Shown: positions 21,636 through 32,646, counted from the stretch's first letter. The stretch is 64,000 bases of DNA from an uncultured Solirubrobacteraceae bacterium (GCA_963818035.1 CAWFQR010000003.1:64282-128281); one strand, 5' to 3'. A program made the numbers and translations. Notes: generated by a model from the sequence alone, not told the origin.

Positions 21636-22577
21636 CTACGCGCCGCCGGCGTCGCCGGCGACGCCCGCACGCACCTGGCGCGTGTGGTCGGCGTACTCGT
21701 CGGCGAACTCGATCAGCACGCCGACCAGCGGGTTGCGCCGATCGCGATGGCCGACGAGCATGATCGGGCTGCGGGCCGCGTCCTTGACCGGGATCATCGC
21801 GATCCCCTCGAGCACCGTGCCGAGCACCAGCGCCGCGGACTCGGGGACGAGCGTGATCGCCTGCTTCGAGGCGAGCGCGGCCAGCACCTCCTGCGGGTTG
21901 GCGGCCTGATCGGCTGTCGTCCGGGCAGCCGTGCCGCGATGGTCGTCGAGGCTCCAGAACCCCGCCCAGCGCGAATCGACCGCCGGCGAGAAGCCGACGA
22001 ACGTCTCCTCCAGCAGATCGGCGACCGACAGCACGCGGCGCAGCGCCAGCGGATGCCCGCTCGGCAGCAGCGCGACGCGCCGTTCGTGACGGAGCGTGCG
22101 CGCCCACACCGCATCGTCGGCGGGCGGCTCATGGCACGCCGCAACGTCGACGTCGGCGAGCCATGCGGCGGTGTCCGTGCCCGGGAAGCTGAGCTCGCGG
22201 TAACGCACCGTGACGCCGGGGTGGGCGAGCGAGAACGCGTTCATCGCGGCGCTCGCGGCGAGGCTCGGGGGCGAGCCGACGAAGCCGAACTCGATCGCCC
22301 CCTCCTGCCCACGCAGCAGCGAGCGTGCCGCCCCGGCGGCATCGCGTTGCGCGTCGACCGCGACCCGCGCCTTCTCGTAGAGGGCGTTCCCGGCAGGGGT
22401 CAGCGAGATGCCGCGAGGGTGGCGCTCGAGCAGCTTCACGCCGAGCTCGCTCTCGAGCTGGGCGATCGCCTGCGAGAGAGCCGGCTGGGCGATTCCCAGT
22501 TGGCGCGCGGCGCGCGTCATCTGGCCGCACTCGGCGGCGGCTACGAAGTACTCGAGTTGGCCACGCCTGAACGTCAC
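21636..22577 (-). CDS. LysR family transcriptional regulator
   Basis: QLEYFVAAAECGQMTRAARQLGIAQPALSQAIAQLESELGVKLLER. Confidence 0.95.
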   Translation of the reverse strand: MTFRRGQLEYFVAAAECGQMTRAARQLGIAQPALSQAIAQLESELGVKLLERHPRGISLTPAGNALYEKARVAVDAQRDAAGAARSLLRGQEGAIEFGFVGSPPSLAASAAMNAFSLAHPGVTVRYRELSFPGTDTAAWLADVDVAACHEPPADDAVWARTLRHERRVALLPSGHPLALRRVLSVADLLEETFVGFSPAVDSRWAGFWSLDDHRGTAARTTADQAANPQEVLAALASKQAITLVPESAALVLGTVLEGIAMIPVKDAARSPIMLVGHRDRRNPLVGVLIEFADEYADHTRQVRAGVAGDAGGA

Positions 22578-22638
22578 CCTTCATCCACCGCGCTATCGAC
22601 CTGTGGGAACCATATTCGCCGCGCGCCCCCGGCGTGCG

Positions 22639-22653
22639 ATAAGCCCTCCGTAT
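22639..22653. promoter_or_regulatory. Putative LysR recognition box (T-N11-A)
   Basis: ATAAGCCCTCCGTAT in the divergent region upstream of the LysR gene. Confidence 0.5.
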
Positions 22654-22729
22654 GCCACGGACTGGAACTCGTATTGGACGCGGAGCGCCTCAAGCAAAAC
22701 ACTTTCCCTGTTTCGGAAAAGGGGAATCT

Positions 22730-22834
22730 GTGCTGCTCCTGTGGTCGATCATCGCCTGGCTGCCAACGACGACGCTCGTGGCGGCGATGTGCCGGGCGGC
22801 AGCGGCGGGCGATCAGGCGCTCGCCGCCGGCTGA
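22730..22834 (+). CDS. Small hydrophobic peptide (34 aa)
   Basis: AAGGGG SD then GTG: MLLLWSIIAWLPTTTLVAAMCRAAAAGDQALAAG; divergent from LysR. Confidence 0.55.
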   Translation: MLLLWSIIAWLPTTTLVAAMCRAAAAGDQALAAG

Positions 22835-23099
22835 GGCGATGTTCGACGACCCGCAACCGCATCCCCACGTCGGGAGGGCGCGGTCGCGCACGGAAGGCGG
22901 CGGGGGCCGGAGTCCGCAGACGAAACGCGGCTGACCGGGCGCGGGGCATTTCTCTCTCGGTGCCTCGCGTCCCGGCCGCGCTCCGCGCGCGACCGGGACG
23001 CAACCGGTCGCAGATGAGCGGTCGGCGCAGCACGGTCCCAGCGGGAGCGCCTGCCGGCCGAGGCGCGCGCCGGCGCCCCGGCCGGCGTGTCCGCTTCCC

Positions 23100-23399
23100 T
23101 CAGACCAGGCAGGGCCTCGCGCGGCGGTCGACCCCCACTTCGGTTATGCCCGCCGAGGTGATCTTGATCCTGGTCGGCACGTTTCCGTGCTCGAGCAGCG
23201 ACAGCAGCACCGATTCGCCCTTCGTCTCGATGCTTTCGCGCAGCGCGCCGTCGAACGCCTCCGGCCGGAGCGCGGCCGCGATCTGCACGTAGACGTGCTT
23301 TTCCGCGGCGCCGTCCTGCACCTTCCACCGGTAGGTCTCCCCCTCCCTGGGGGCGGGGATCAGCGTCGGCCCGCCGATGATCTGCGGCTCAGCTGCCAT
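23100..23399 (-). CDS. Hypothetical protein (99 aa)
   Basis: MAAEPQIIGGPTLIP...; GGAG upstream; globular composition with GC3-biased codons. Confidence 0.6.
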   Translation of the reverse strand: MAAEPQIIGGPTLIPAPREGETYRWKVQDGAAEKHVYVQIAAALRPEAFDGALRESIETKGESVLLSLLEHGNVPTRIKITSAGITEVGVDRRARPCLV

Positions 23400-23516
23400 G
23401 AGTGGATGCTCCCGTGCGACCGGCGCGCCGGGAAAGGGCCTGCTGGCCAGCGTCGCGGGCGCTCGTTTGGACAAGTGGAGGCCGCCGTCGCCGCCCGCGG
23501 CGTAGGCTTCGCGTCG

Positions 23517-23945
23517 ATGGTCGACGACGGCGTCACCTACGCGAGCATCGACGGGTCCGTCGCGGCACGGAGCTTCCAGTCGCTGCGCCGGGAGCTCGGC
23601 GTCCGGGGCTTCGGGATCAACGTGATCGCGCTCGGGCCGCGCGAGCGCGGGCGGGTGCACGCGCACGAGCACCAGGAGGAGGTGTACCTCGTGCTCGACG
23701 GCGAGCTGACGCTCGTGCTCGCGGACGGGGAGACGACGCTCGCCGCGGGCGAGCTCGCAAGGGTCCCGCCGGACGCCCGTCGCCAGCTCGTCAACGCCGG
23801 TCCCGGCCGGGTGCTGGTGCTCGCGCTCGGCGCGTCCGGCGAGCACGCGGGGCGCGACGGCTGCGCCTGGGCGGGCTGGGAGGACGAGGGTCCGGGCGGG
23901 CCGCCCCAGGAGGTGGCGCTGCCCGAGGATCTTCCTGAGAGTTGA
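23517..23945 (+). CDS. Cupin domain protein
   Basis: HAHEHQEEVYLVLDGEL cupin motif 1. Confidence 0.88.
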   Translation: MVDDGVTYASIDGSVAARSFQSLRRELGVRGFGINVIALGPRERGRVHAHEHQEEVYLVLDGELTLVLADGETTLAAGELARVPPDARRQLVNAGPGRVLVLALGASGEHAGRDGCAWAGWEDEGPGGPPQEVALPEDLPES

Positions 23946-24132
23946 TCCCCCCTCCCAACCTCGACGGGCCGGGCGCGTTGCACTCAGCGGAGGAGTCCGG
24001 CCCCGACCCGCACCTCGACGCGGCGGCGGGCGACCCCGCCTGGATGGTGGGAGCCGAACCGTTGCGCCGGGTGACGCAGACGAGTACGTTTAGCTACAGC
24101 TGAGTCGCGAAAGCGAGGGTTGAGGGAGAGAG

Positions 24133-25736
24133 ATGGCGGCGGAGCGCAGTGGGGTGATCGGATCACGCTCCCGGGTGCGGCTCGGGCTCGCCTCGGACGA
24201 GTGGCTGGTCGGCGTCGTGCGGCGCGGCGACACCGCCGCGTTCGAAGCCCTCTACGACCGTCACGCGCGCGAGCTGCTCGGGTTCTGCATCTACATGCTC
24301 GGGTCCCGCCAGGACGCCGAGGACGCGGTGCAGGCGACGTTCACCTCCGCGTACCGCGCGCTCCGCGCGGACAGCCGGCCGATCGCGCTACGTCCCTGGT
24401 TGTTCACGATCGCGCGCAACGAGTGCCTGACGATGCTGCGTCGCCGCCGGCCGATGGTCGAGCTGACCGGCGACGTCGCGGCGCGCTCGGGCCCCGCCGA
24501 CCACCTCGAGCTCAACGAGGAGGTCCGCAGCGTGTTCGAGGGCCTGCGCAACCTCCCCGAGACCCAGCGGGCGGCGCTCGTGCTGGCGGAGGTCCACGGC
24601 CTCAGCCACCGCGAGGTCGGCCGGGTGCTCGGCGTCCGCGCCGAGCAGGTCAAGGCGTTCGTCTACCAGGCCCGCTCGAAGCTCGTCTCCGACCGCGCGG
24701 CGCGTGACGCGGACTGCCGCGAGATCCGCGAAGAGCTCGCGACCGCTCGCGGCGCGGCGCTGCTGCGCGGCCGCCTGCGACGCCACATGCGCTCCTGCCC
24801 GGACTGCCGCACCTACGCCGACGGTGTCGCCCGCCAGCGGCGCCAGCTGGGCGCGCTGCTGCCGTTCGTGCCGTCGCTCGCGCTGAAGTACCGGGCGCTG
24901 GAGGGAGCGTTGAACTTCGGTGGGGCCAGCGACCCCGCGACCGCCGCCGGCGGCGCGGTCGCCGGCGCGACGATCGCCGGCACCGCCGCCGAGGTCGCCG
25001 GCAGCAGCGCGGGAGCGGGCGCACTGGTCTGCAAGATCGCTGCGGGCGTCGCGTGTATCGGGGCGAGCGCCGGCATCGGCGTGTCGGTCCTGGCCTCGCC
25101 CGCGGGCAGCGCCGCCCGCAGCGGAACGACGACCGCGCATTCGGCCGAGCCGCTGCTCGCCTCGGCGACGGCGCCCCACTCGCAGGCGTCCTCGGTCGCC
25201 TCCCGCGCGACCTCGGGGCCGGCCGGGAACGGCGGCGCGCGGGAGCGGCTCGTTCCAGGTCTCGACGGTCGTCGCGCCGGACGGGCGGGGGCCGCGGCTC
25301 CGCCTCGCCGTCCGACCCCGGCGACGTCAGCGTCCGCAACGTCGCCTCGGTCAACAACGCTGAAGCCGGCGGCGTCCGTGGCGAAACCGAAGCTGCTCCA
25401 GCCGGGTCGGACGAATCGCGGCCGGGACCGCCCGGGGAAAGGAGCACCGACGGCGAACACCGCGCGGCGGCCGAACAGCGCAGCACGCGCCGCCATGGCC
25501 ACAGGCAGTACGTCGAAGAACAGGCCCGCGACCGTGAACAGCGTCAGGCCGAACGGGCCGCCAAGCAGGAAGAAGAACGCAAGCGCCGAGCCGAAGAAGC
25601 CGCCCAGCGTCGCGCGGAACACGAAGCGGAACCGGTCGGCCACTCGCGCGTTCCCCCGACCGAAGAAGAACGGATCGCAAAAAAGGAACGCAACGAACAG
25701 AAACGCGAACAGCGCCGGCAGGAACGCGAACCCTGA
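24133..25736 (+). CDS. ECF sigma factor fused to a zinc finger, TM segment and charged extracytoplasmic tail (frameshift ~25250-25310)
   Basis: DAEDAVQATF, PWLFTIARNEC, LPETQRAALVL, HMRSCPDC; hydrophobic IAAGVACIGASAGIGVSVL; tail in ORF 25053..25736. Confidence 0.85.
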
Positions 25737-25770
25737 TTGCGGTCCCTCCCCGCGAAGCGTCGCGGGCACC

Positions 25771-27091
25771 TCACTTCTTGTATTTGAAGCGAGCCTTTTT
25801 CGAGTCCGCGCTGGTGCCCGCCGCGGTCCGGACCGTCACGTAGACCGTGCTCTTCGCCACTCCCGAAGGCGAGGACGCCCTGATCGTCGTCGCCGATTCG
25901 ACGATCACGCCCGACGCCGCCGCGGAGCCGAAGTCGACGGTCGCGGGGCTCGTGAACCCGGTGCCGGTGATCGTCACCGCCGTCCCGCCTGCTGAGGGGC
26001 CCGGACGTCGGCGCGACCCCGGTCACGGTCGGCAGCTGCGCGACGCGCTGCTCGCATTCGCCGGTCGCGTTGCTGAACATCTGCTGGTAGTAGTAGAGGT
26101 CGCCGTCGATCACCTGGTTGAAGTCGGCGCCGTCGGGCGCCTTGCCGAGCGGTTCGCCGTATTCGGTCTTCGCCTTGAAGGTCCGGCACTTGTCGGCCAC
26201 CTCTTCGCCCTTGGAGTCGTACCAGGCGTTCAGCTCGGGATCGGTGACGGACTCGCTGTGCTCGTGGGCGATCCCGCCGCCGATCTCGGCGTCGGAGGGG
26301 CTGCCGTTCGGATGTTCTTCGCCGAAGTCGCAGTTGTCGCCGACCATGTACGGGATGTCCGCGTAGACGAGCACCCCTTCGGCGGTGGCGTCGTAGCTGT
26401 GGTACGCGCAGTAGACCCGGTGTTCGGTCCCGTCCGAGCAGGACTTGCCGGCCGCTTCCATGCAGCTTTCGACCCCCGCCGGCGTCAGCAGGAAGTACTC
26501 GTGTTCGAGGTCGACAGGGAGGTGGTCGGCTTCGACGAACGCGACGATCTCCGCCCGCAGCTGGGCGTCGGTCAGGCACACCGGCGCGGCCGAGCAGCCG
26601 TTCGCCGGATATGGGTCGGTGTCCAGCAGCTCGCCGCCGAAACGGGATTCGTAGGCCGCGCGGTGCCCGAAGCGGTCCGTGTACTGGGTGAGGATCGAGT
26701 CGGTGTTCGTGAGCGCCCCGCTTTCGTCCGCGAGATCCGTGAACCAGCGGTCGATCCCGGACACGTAGCCCGCCGGATATTCGCCCGCGGCGGGCGGATC
26801 CCAGTACAGCGCGTAGTTGGTGTTCGAGGGCATCACGGGCCCTTCGTGGTAGACGAGCAGCGGGCCGCCTTTGCCGTTCGGGCCGCCACCCTTCGCAGCC
26901 CTGACGCGGGCCGCCGCGGCGCCCGGAGCCGGCTGGTAGCTGTAGGAGCGGCCTTCGACGCGGGCGATGATCGCCCGGGCCTGAGGCGCCACGAGGGCGA
27001 GGACTGCAGACGCCGCCAGGAGCGCGAGGAGGCACGCGCGCGCACCAGGTCGCGTCGGCTCGATCCCTCTTTTCTCAGGCCGTGTGCTCAT
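25771..27091 (-). CDS. Secreted Phi-1/EXORDIUM-like domain protein with C-terminal IPT/TIG domain (frameshift ~26000)
   Basis: Signal peptide; YHEGPVM, YCAYHS, HEHSESVTDP, EVADKC; IPT motif VTGVAPTSGP...TITGTGF. Confidence 0.72.
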
Positions 27092-27303
27092 GGAGCTCCC
27101 TCTCCCGCAAGCGCTCGCATTCTACCGGCGGTCCGCCGGCTCGGCCAGGGCGTGAAGGCCCTCCTCAGAGGGAACGCGAGGCGGCGTCCAAGGTTGGAGC
27201 GGAAACGATCCAATGACCGCGCGACACGGCCGCGGCGCTCGTGTCAGGATTCGCACGGCGCCGCATCCCGAAAGCGGGAGCGCGGCATACAGCAGGGGGC
27301 AAT

Positions 27304-29274
27304 TTGATCCGTCTGATCCGCAGAGCGGCGTGCTTGTCGTGGCCGGCGATCGTGCTGTGGTGCGCGCCGCCGGCGAACGCGGCGACCGTCGCGCCGACCG
27401 CGCCCGTGATCGCGACCCCGGCCGGCGCGGGCGCGCGGTTCGGCGCGAGCGTCGCGGTCTCCGCCGACGGCGACGAGGCGATCGTCGGCGCGCCGCTGCA
27501 GGGCCCGACCGGCGCCGTGTGGTTCTACTCGCGCACGGAATCGGGCTGGCAGCTCGAAGCCGGTCCGTTCGTCGGCGGCCAGAGCGTGACGCGTTGCGAG
27601 GCGCAGGAAGCGCCCGAACCGGAAGACTGCCGGTTCGGGTTCTCGGTCGCCCTGTCCGGCGACGGCCGCACCGCGCTCGTCGGACAGCCGGGCGCGAGCT
27701 CCGACAAGGGCCTCGTCACGGTCCTCTCCCGCTCGGGCGCGGGCTGGGCCGAGAGCGGTGAGCTGACTGGCGGCGAAGCGTCCGGGGACCCGCATTTCGG
27801 GCGCTCGCTCGCGCTCTCCGCGGACGGCGGCACCGCGATCGTCGGCGGCCCGTTCGATGCCCACAGGACCGGTGCGGTGTGGGTCTTCAGCGACGGCGCC
27901 GCCGGCTGGGTGCAGGACGGCCCCAAGCTCACCTCACCGGCGCAGGCCCCGAACGGCTACTTCGGGTTGAGCGTCGCGATCACCGCCGACGGCGCGAGCG
28001 CCCTGGTCGGCGCCCCGGGACCGGAAGGCGGCGTGGGCGCAGCCTGGTCGCTGCTCGACGGCGGCGAAGGCTGGGAAGTGCAACCCTCGCCGCTGCACGG
28101 CGAAGAAGCGCAGGGCGGAGAGCTGTTCGGGCACAGCGTCGCGCTGTCCGCCGACGGCTCGACGGCGCTCGTCGGTGCGCCCGCACACGGCGGCGTCGGC
28201 GCGGTCTACGCATACGGGACCAGCGACAGCGGCTGGACGCAGCAGGGTCCTGCGCTGGAGGCGACGCCGGCCGAAGCGGCGGAGCGGATCGGGACGAGCG
28301 TCGCGGTGTCCGCAGACGGCACGCTCGCGCTCACCGGCGGCGTCGGCTACGACCACGGCGCCGGGGCCGCCCTCGAGTTCGCGCGCCACGGCGGCGAATG
28401 GTCGCAGCAGCTCGAGCTGGTCTCGGGGATCGAACCCACCCCCCTGCATTCCCACCTGGGCGCCAGCGCCTCGCTGTCCGGCGACGGCTCGGTGGCGCTG
28501 CTCGGCGCGCCGTTCTCCGAACTCGAAGCCGGCGGCGTCTGGGGCCTGCCGGCGCCCGGCGCCAAGCAGGAAGAAGGACCGAAGCAGGAAGAAGGACCGA
28601 AGCAGGAAATGCCCACCGGTGAAACGCCGTCGGGCGAAACGCACAACACCGAAACCAAGCAGGAAACGAAGGGGAACGCCAGGATCAACGTGCTGTCGTC
28701 CAGCTCCTCCTCCCCCCCGTCCGGGCCCGTCGTCGAAAGGTCCGGCAACGTCGCTCCGGTGTCCGGCAGCGTGCTCGTCGAGCTCCCGGGGACCGCGGCG
28801 TTCGTACCGCTCACGGGCCTGCGCACGGTGCCGTTCGGAACGACGATCGACGCGACCCACGGCCGCGTGACCGTGACCACCGTCGGCCCGGCCGGCGCGC
28901 TGCAGACGATCACGTTCTACGAAGGCGAGTTCGAGCTCGTCTCGACCGGACACGGGCACGTGGTCGCGCTGCTCTTCGGCGGCAGCTACGCCGGCTGCCC
29001 GACGCGCCGCGAGCGCGCGCACCTCGCGACGGCCGCCGCCACCCGGCGCAGCAGCAAGACGGTCCGGAAGCTGTGGGCGAGCGGTCACGGCACCTACACG
29101 ACGCGAGGGACCTACGCGGCCGGCGCGGTGCAGGGAACGCGGTGGCTGACGGTCGACCGCTGCGACGGGACGAGGATCACCGTCGCGACCGACAAGGTGC
29201 TCGTGACGAACCTCGTCACGCACCACCGCAAGCTGGTCCGCGCGGGCCGCAGCTACTTCGCCGCGGCGCCCTGA
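27304..29274 (+). CDS. Secreted FG-GAP repeat beta-propeller protein with C-terminal beta domain
   Basis: Repeated FGxSVALSADGxTALVGAP units; TTG start after AGGGGG; signal peptide. Confidence 0.85.
   Translation: MIRLIRRAACLSWPAIVLWCAPPANAATVAPTAPVIATPAGAGARFGASVAVSADGDEAIVGAPLQGPTGAVWFYSRTESGWQLEAGPFVGGQSVTRCEAQEAPEPEDCRFGFSVALSGDGRTALVGQPGASSDKGLVTVLSRSGAGWAESGELTGGEASGDPHFGRSLALSADGGTAIVGGPFDAHRTGAVWVFSDGAAGWVQDGPKLTSPAQAPNGYFGLSVAITADGASALVGAPGPEGGVGAAWSLLDGGEGWEVQPSPLHGEEAQGGELFGHSVALSADGSTALVGAPAHGGVGAVYAYGTSDSGWTQQGPALEATPAEAAERIGTSVAVSADGTLALTGGVGYDHGAGAALEFARHGGEWSQQLELVSGIEPTPLHSHLGASASLSGDGSVALLGAPFSELEAGGVWGLPAPGAKQEEGPKQEEGPKQEMPTGETPSGETHNTETKQETKGNARINVLSSSSSSPPSGPVVERSGNVAPVSGSVLVELPGTAAFVPLTGLRTVPFGTTIDATHGRVTVTTVGPAGALQTITFYEGEFELVSTGHGHVVALLFGGSYAGCPTRRERAHLATAAATRRSSKTVRKLWASGHGTYTTRGTYAAGAVQGTRWLTVDRCDGTRITVATDKVLVTNLVTHHRKLVRAGRSYFAAAP
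28564..28608 (+). repeat. 18-bp tandem repeat x2.5 (KQEEGP) in the linker
   Basis: AAGCAGGAAGAAGGACCG twice, then AAGCAGGAA. Confidence 0.85.
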
Positions 29275-29390
29275 CCCGGCACCTGTCAGCCCCCTGACGG
29301 AGCCCGTGCGCGGGCCCGACGGAATCCTGTATGTTCGGATCGGAGGGGCCGCCCGAGGGGGCGGGAGAAGCGGGACAGGGAGAAGTTGCC

Positions 29391-31073
29391 ATGTCGAAGG
29401 TCCTCTGGCCGGCTGCGCGCGCAGGCTCGGCGGTCGCCGCGTTCCTCTGCATCGCATTGGCCGGTCCGGCCGGCGCCTACGGCGCGCACGCCGCCAAACC
29501 GAAAGTCAGCCACTGCAAGACCAGCAACCAGAAGGTGCTGCGCGTCGGCACCTACGACGGCAAGAAAGGCCAGTGCGCGACGATCTCCGAAGCGGTCGAA
29601 GCGGTGAAACCGGGCGGCTGGGTGCTGATCGCGCCCGGCGACTACAAAGAAGCGACCGTCCACGAGATCGAAGGCGCCTACGGCGACGACCGCGCAGGCG
29701 CGTCGGTGCTTGTGAAGACGGCGAACGTCCACGTCCGCGGGATGAACCGCAACACGGTGGTGATCGACGGCACCAAGCCCGGGAGCCCGCAGTGCGCGAG
29801 CTCCGAAGCCGATCAGAACTTCGGGCTGCCCGAAGGCGAAGGCTTCGCGGGCAACAACGGGATCATCGTCGACAAGGCGAGCGGCGTCTCGCTGCAGAAC
29901 TTCACCGCCTGCAACTTCCTCGCGAGCAACGCCGGCGGCGACGCGATCTGGTTCGACGGCGGCGGCAGCAGCGGCCACCAGGACATCGGCGACTGGACGG
30001 GCGAATACCTGAGCGCCACCTCGACATTCTGGGGCGGCAAGACCAAGCCGCACGCCGAATATGGGATCTACGCCTCGAACACGTTCGGCCCCGGCATCTT
30101 CGACCACACCTACGCGGGCAACATGGCCGACTCGGGCTACTACATCGGCGCCTGCCCGGACTGCAAAGCGGTGATCGACAACTCGAAGGCGGAGGGCAAC
30201 GACCTCGGCTACTCGGGATCGAACTCGGGCGGACATCTCGTGATCGAGAACTCCGAATTCGCCGACAACGAGGAGGGCGTGGCGACGCAGAGCCAGAACA
30301 ACGACGACGCACCCTCGCCGCAGGACGGGATCTGCCCGGAAGGCAAGGAAAATCCCTCGCCGCCGGCGATCGCCCAGCGCAAGGACATCTGCTGGGTGAT
30401 GACCGGCAACCGGGTCGTCGACAACAACAACGGCGCGACCCCGACCAACTCGAGCGCGCCCGGTCTGGTCGGCACCGGCATGACGATCGCCGGCGGCCGT
30501 GACGACCTCGTCGTCGACAACACGTTCGAAGACAACAAGGCATGGGGGATCCTCGAGCTCCCGTACCCCGGCGTCGAAGAATCGCCGCCGCCGCAGATCC
30601 CTCCGGAAGACAACTGCAAAGGCGGGAAACCGGTCGAAGCCGCCGGCAAGTCGGAGTGCATCTACGAACCGTTCGCAAACGAGGTCGCAGGCAACACGTT
30701 CGCCGAAAACGGCGGCTACGGGAACCCGTCGAACGGGGACATCGGCGAAGTCGCCGACCCCGAACCGACGGAGCTCGCGAACTGCTGGCACGGCAACGTC
30801 GAGCGGGGCGGCGGGGAACCGTCGAGCGAACCGAAGCTGATCCAGGTCACGCACGGCACCTGCTCGAGCCCCGACAGCGGGGGCGAACCGCTCACCAGCG
30901 TGCTCGCGGTGCAGGCCACGTGCGACTCGCAGCTGCTCGCGGAATGCCCGAGCGTCCCGGGCGAGGAATACCCGCGGTCGAGCGAAGTGAAGCTGCTGCC
31001 GCTGCCCGAAGAAGCAACGATGCCGGACCCGTGCGAAGGGGTCCCCGCGGACCCCTGGTGCCCGCGGCGCTGA
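29391..31073 (+). CDS. Secreted right-handed parallel beta-helix protein
   Basis: TISEAVEAVKPGGWVLIAPGDY, YGIYASN, DSGYYIGACPDC, Asn-ladder repeats. Confidence 0.8.
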   Translation: MSKVLWPAARAGSAVAAFLCIALAGPAGAYGAHAAKPKVSHCKTSNQKVLRVGTYDGKKGQCATISEAVEAVKPGGWVLIAPGDYKEATVHEIEGAYGDDRAGASVLVKTANVHVRGMNRNTVVIDGTKPGSPQCASSEADQNFGLPEGEGFAGNNGIIVDKASGVSLQNFTACNFLASNAGGDAIWFDGGGSSGHQDIGDWTGEYLSATSTFWGGKTKPHAEYGIYASNTFGPGIFDHTYAGNMADSGYYIGACPDCKAVIDNSKAEGNDLGYSGSNSGGHLVIENSEFADNEEGVATQSQNNDDAPSPQDGICPEGKENPSPPAIAQRKDICWVMTGNRVVDNNNGATPTNSSAPGLVGTGMTIAGGRDDLVVDNTFEDNKAWGILELPYPGVEESPPPQIPPEDNCKGGKPVEAAGKSECIYEPFANEVAGNTFAENGGYGNPSNGDIGEVADPEPTELANCWHGNVERGGGEPSSEPKLIQVTHGTCSSPDSGGEPLTSVLAVQATCDSQLLAECPSVPGEEYPRSSEVKLLPLPEEATMPDPCEGVPADPWCPRR

Positions 31074-31083
31074 CGAGCGAAGG

Positions 31084-31116
31084 CCCGGTCTCGGCCCCCA
31101 CGGGGCCGAGACCGGG
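31084..31116. terminator. Perfect 15-bp stem hairpin between the beta-helix gene and the ADH gene
   Basis: CCCGGTCTCGGCCCC-CAC-GGGGCCGAGACCGGG. Confidence 0.65.
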
Positions 31117-31156
31117 GCCCTGTTAGGTTGGCCGGGACCGCTACCGAGGAGAGAAG

Positions 31157-32200
31157 ATGGCATCGACCCCTGCGCTGAGCGCGCCCTCCGCGGGCGCAAG
31201 CTTCGAGACCGGCACGATCGACCGGCGCGAGCTGCGTGACGACGACGTCGAGATCGAGATCCGCTACTGCGGGATCTGCCACAGCGACGTACACCAGGCG
31301 CGCGACGAGTGGGGCAACGCGATCTTCCCGATGGTGCCGGGCCACGAGATCGCCGGCGTGGTGACGGCGGTCGGGCCGCGCACCGGGCGCTTCGCGGTCG
31401 GTGACCGCGTCGGCGTCGGCTGCATGGTCGACTCCTGCGAGGAGTGCGAGTACTGCAAGGCGGGCGAGGAGCAGTTCTGCGTGAAGGGGAACGTCCAGAC
31501 CTACAACGGCCGCTACTACGACGGCACGCCGACATACGGCGGATACAGCCGGCAGATCGTCGTCAAGGAGCGGTTCGTCGTGCGCGTCCCCGACGCGATC
31601 GAGCTGGCCGACGCGGCGCCGCTGCTGTGCGCGGGGATCACCACGTACGTGCCTCTGAAGCACTGGCAGATCGGCCCCTCCTCGAAGGTCGCGGTGATCG
31701 GGATGGGCGGCCTCGGGCACGTCGGGGTCCAGCTGGCGGCGGCGATGGGCGCCGAGGTGACGGTGCTGAGCCAGACGCTCGCAAAGCAGGAGGACGGGCT
31801 GCGGTTCGGCGCCAAGCACTACTACGCGACATCCGATCGCGAGACCTTCCGGGCGCTTCGCGACAGCTTCGACTTCATCCTCAACACGGTCTCCGCGAAC
31901 CTCGAGGTCGACCGCTACCTGCGGATGCTGCGCGTCGACGGCACGCTGGTCAACGTCGGCGCCCCGGCGAAGCCCGACCAGTTCCACGCGTTCTCGCTGA
32001 TCGCCGGACGGCGGAGCCTCGCGGGCTCGGCGATCGGCGGTCTCCCCGACACCCAGGAGATGCTCGAATTCTGCGCCGAGCACGGGGTCCGGCCGCAGAT
32101 CGAGATGATCTCCGCGGCCGAGGTCGACGGCGCGTATGACCGCGTCGTCTCCTCCGACGTGCGCTACCGGTTCGTGATCGACGTCGCGACGATCGGCTGA
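31157..32200 (+). CDS. NAD(P)-dependent zinc alcohol dehydrogenase (cinnamyl-ADH/AdhC-like)
   Basis: CGICHSD, GHEIAG, CEECEYC, APLLCAGIT, GMGGLG, YRFVID. Confidence 0.95.
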   Translation: MASTPALSAPSAGASFETGTIDRRELRDDDVEIEIRYCGICHSDVHQARDEWGNAIFPMVPGHEIAGVVTAVGPRTGRFAVGDRVGVGCMVDSCEECEYCKAGEEQFCVKGNVQTYNGRYYDGTPTYGGYSRQIVVKERFVVRVPDAIELADAAPLLCAGITTYVPLKHWQIGPSSKVAVIGMGGLGHVGVQLAAAMGAEVTVLSQTLAKQEDGLRFGAKHYYATSDRETFRALRDSFDFILNTVSANLEVDRYLRMLRVDGTLVNVGAPAKPDQFHAFSLIAGRRSLAGSAIGGLPDTQEMLEFCAEHGVRPQIEMISAAEVDGAYDRVVSSDVRYRFVIDVATIG

Positions 32201-32276
32201 CTCGGGCCGGGCCCGGTAGGGATCGCTCGCTGGCGGGTAAGAAGTGAGCGTGGGTGGAATCGGAGCCGGCGAACCG

Positions 32277-32504
32277 ATGGCGGAAGCGGACGTGCGGCGC
32301 GCCGCCGAGCGCGTGACGCTTGCCTGCCGCGCGCTGACCGCGGCGGCGAAGGACCTGCACGTCGCGTCCGCCCGGACCGCCGCGCCCGAGCTCGTCGACG
32401 CGACCGACCACGTGCGCGCGGAGACCGAGCGCGTCTGCGAGCTCGCCGGAGAGCTCGAGAAGCTCGGCCGGGGGCTCGCGACCCGCCCGCTCGCCGGCGT
32501 TTAA
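32277..32504 (+). CDS. Small helical hypothetical protein
   Basis: MAEADVRRAAERVTLACRAL...; GC3-rich codons. Confidence 0.5.
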   Translation: MAEADVRRAAERVTLACRALTAAAKDLHVASARTAAPELVDATDHVRAETERVCELAGELEKLGRGLATRPLAGV

Positions 32505-32646
32505 GGGTCGTGAAGAACCGGCGGCCGGGCGCACACGCGCCCGACGGGCACTGGTAGGCTCGTGTCCGGTCAGGGGTGCGCCGGCCCGGGGAGGGACCGG
32601 CAGGGCCAGAGGGATTAGTGACGGCCAGGAGACAGGAGACACACGG

